A stretch of DNA of 62,505 nt, filler included, from Nemertoderma westbladi (Eukaryota > Animalia > Xenacoelomorpha): NCBI GenBank assembly GCA_032718475.1. It is 4 parts of 4 records of this genome, joined end to end, with 100 filler letters (N's around TTAATTAATTAA, not from the genome) between each part and the next. Parts side by side here need not be neighbours in the genome. Positions count along the whole stretch, not along the records: positions 54,095 to 62,505 come from JAUCBJ010000262.1; 3 more parts are not named here. One strand, given 5' to 3'. Below, one piece after another: positions 62,019 to 62,505 of this stretch. Position numbers and translations under genes: made by a program. Every line of letters begins with the position of its first letter. Position 1 is the stretch's first letter. Under the pieces are notes generated by a model. It saw nothing but the letters and a program-made list of their open reading frames with translations. It had not been told where the DNA came from and did no database searches.

Positions 62019-62505
62019 TTATTTATTAAACGTAATGACTCTATAGCAACTATAGCAGTACACAGGAGACAAGGAAGGCCAGAAGGATATTTGACCTGAC
62101 GAATGAGAGACAATACAGCAATAATTCACTATGACTGCAGGACTGTGTGCAATCGAATCCAGGAATCTGTCTATTAAATATTCGATTTAGCTCTTTAGCA
62201 CTTGTTGGCTTCTCTCAGCTTGCTACCAATGGCCGAGGTGTACGATATTAATCGCGATGGTTGAACTTAATACGGCTGTGACGCTATAGAATAACAGGTA
62301 GCGTAGGTATCTTAAAATTGAGATTGAATGAAAATTAAATTGAAATTTATAAGGTTACCGAAAGTGTTATTGTTTAATTATTAAATTAGCGATCAACAAT
62401 AAGCGCTAAATATTTCTGGATTGTGTGTGCGGGTTTCTATGAGAACTGTTTCCGGCTGTAATACATTACGCCTAATAAATCGTCGACTACCACCAACTAC
62501 AGGCA

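Overview
Invertebrate animal (metazoan, probably bilaterian) genomic DNA, not prokaryotic. It is four contigs (1-22829, 22930-42375, 42476-53994, 54095-62505) joined by identical artificial 100-bp spacers (N44-TTAATTAATTAA-N44), so adjacency across spacers is not evidence of linkage. Host genes are strikingly intron-poor: an intronless full-length Eph receptor tyrosine kinase, an intronless class III POU gene, an intronless Ig-domain transmembrane receptor with a tyrosine-motif-rich tail, a two-exon TBCEL and the last two exons of a P2X-family channel. The rest is AT-rich DNA full of LINE fragments, MITE/foldback elements, minisatellites and palindromes. Best leads: (1) an apparently complete, TSD-flanked CRE-type non-LTR retrotransposon (26317-32159) whose single ORF fuses a SIM-like IDLT motif, an intact SENP/Ulp1 SUMO-protease and a SAP domain to RT and a restriction-like endonuclease, a candidate anti-SUMO-silencing module; (2) a P2X channel whose predicted splice product lacks the conserved ATP-binding NFR and Lys residues; (3) five copies of a covarying, UUCG-capped structured RNA unit upstream of a stop-start-coupled gag-like ORF. 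All family assignments come from motif recognition by eye; no database searches were run.
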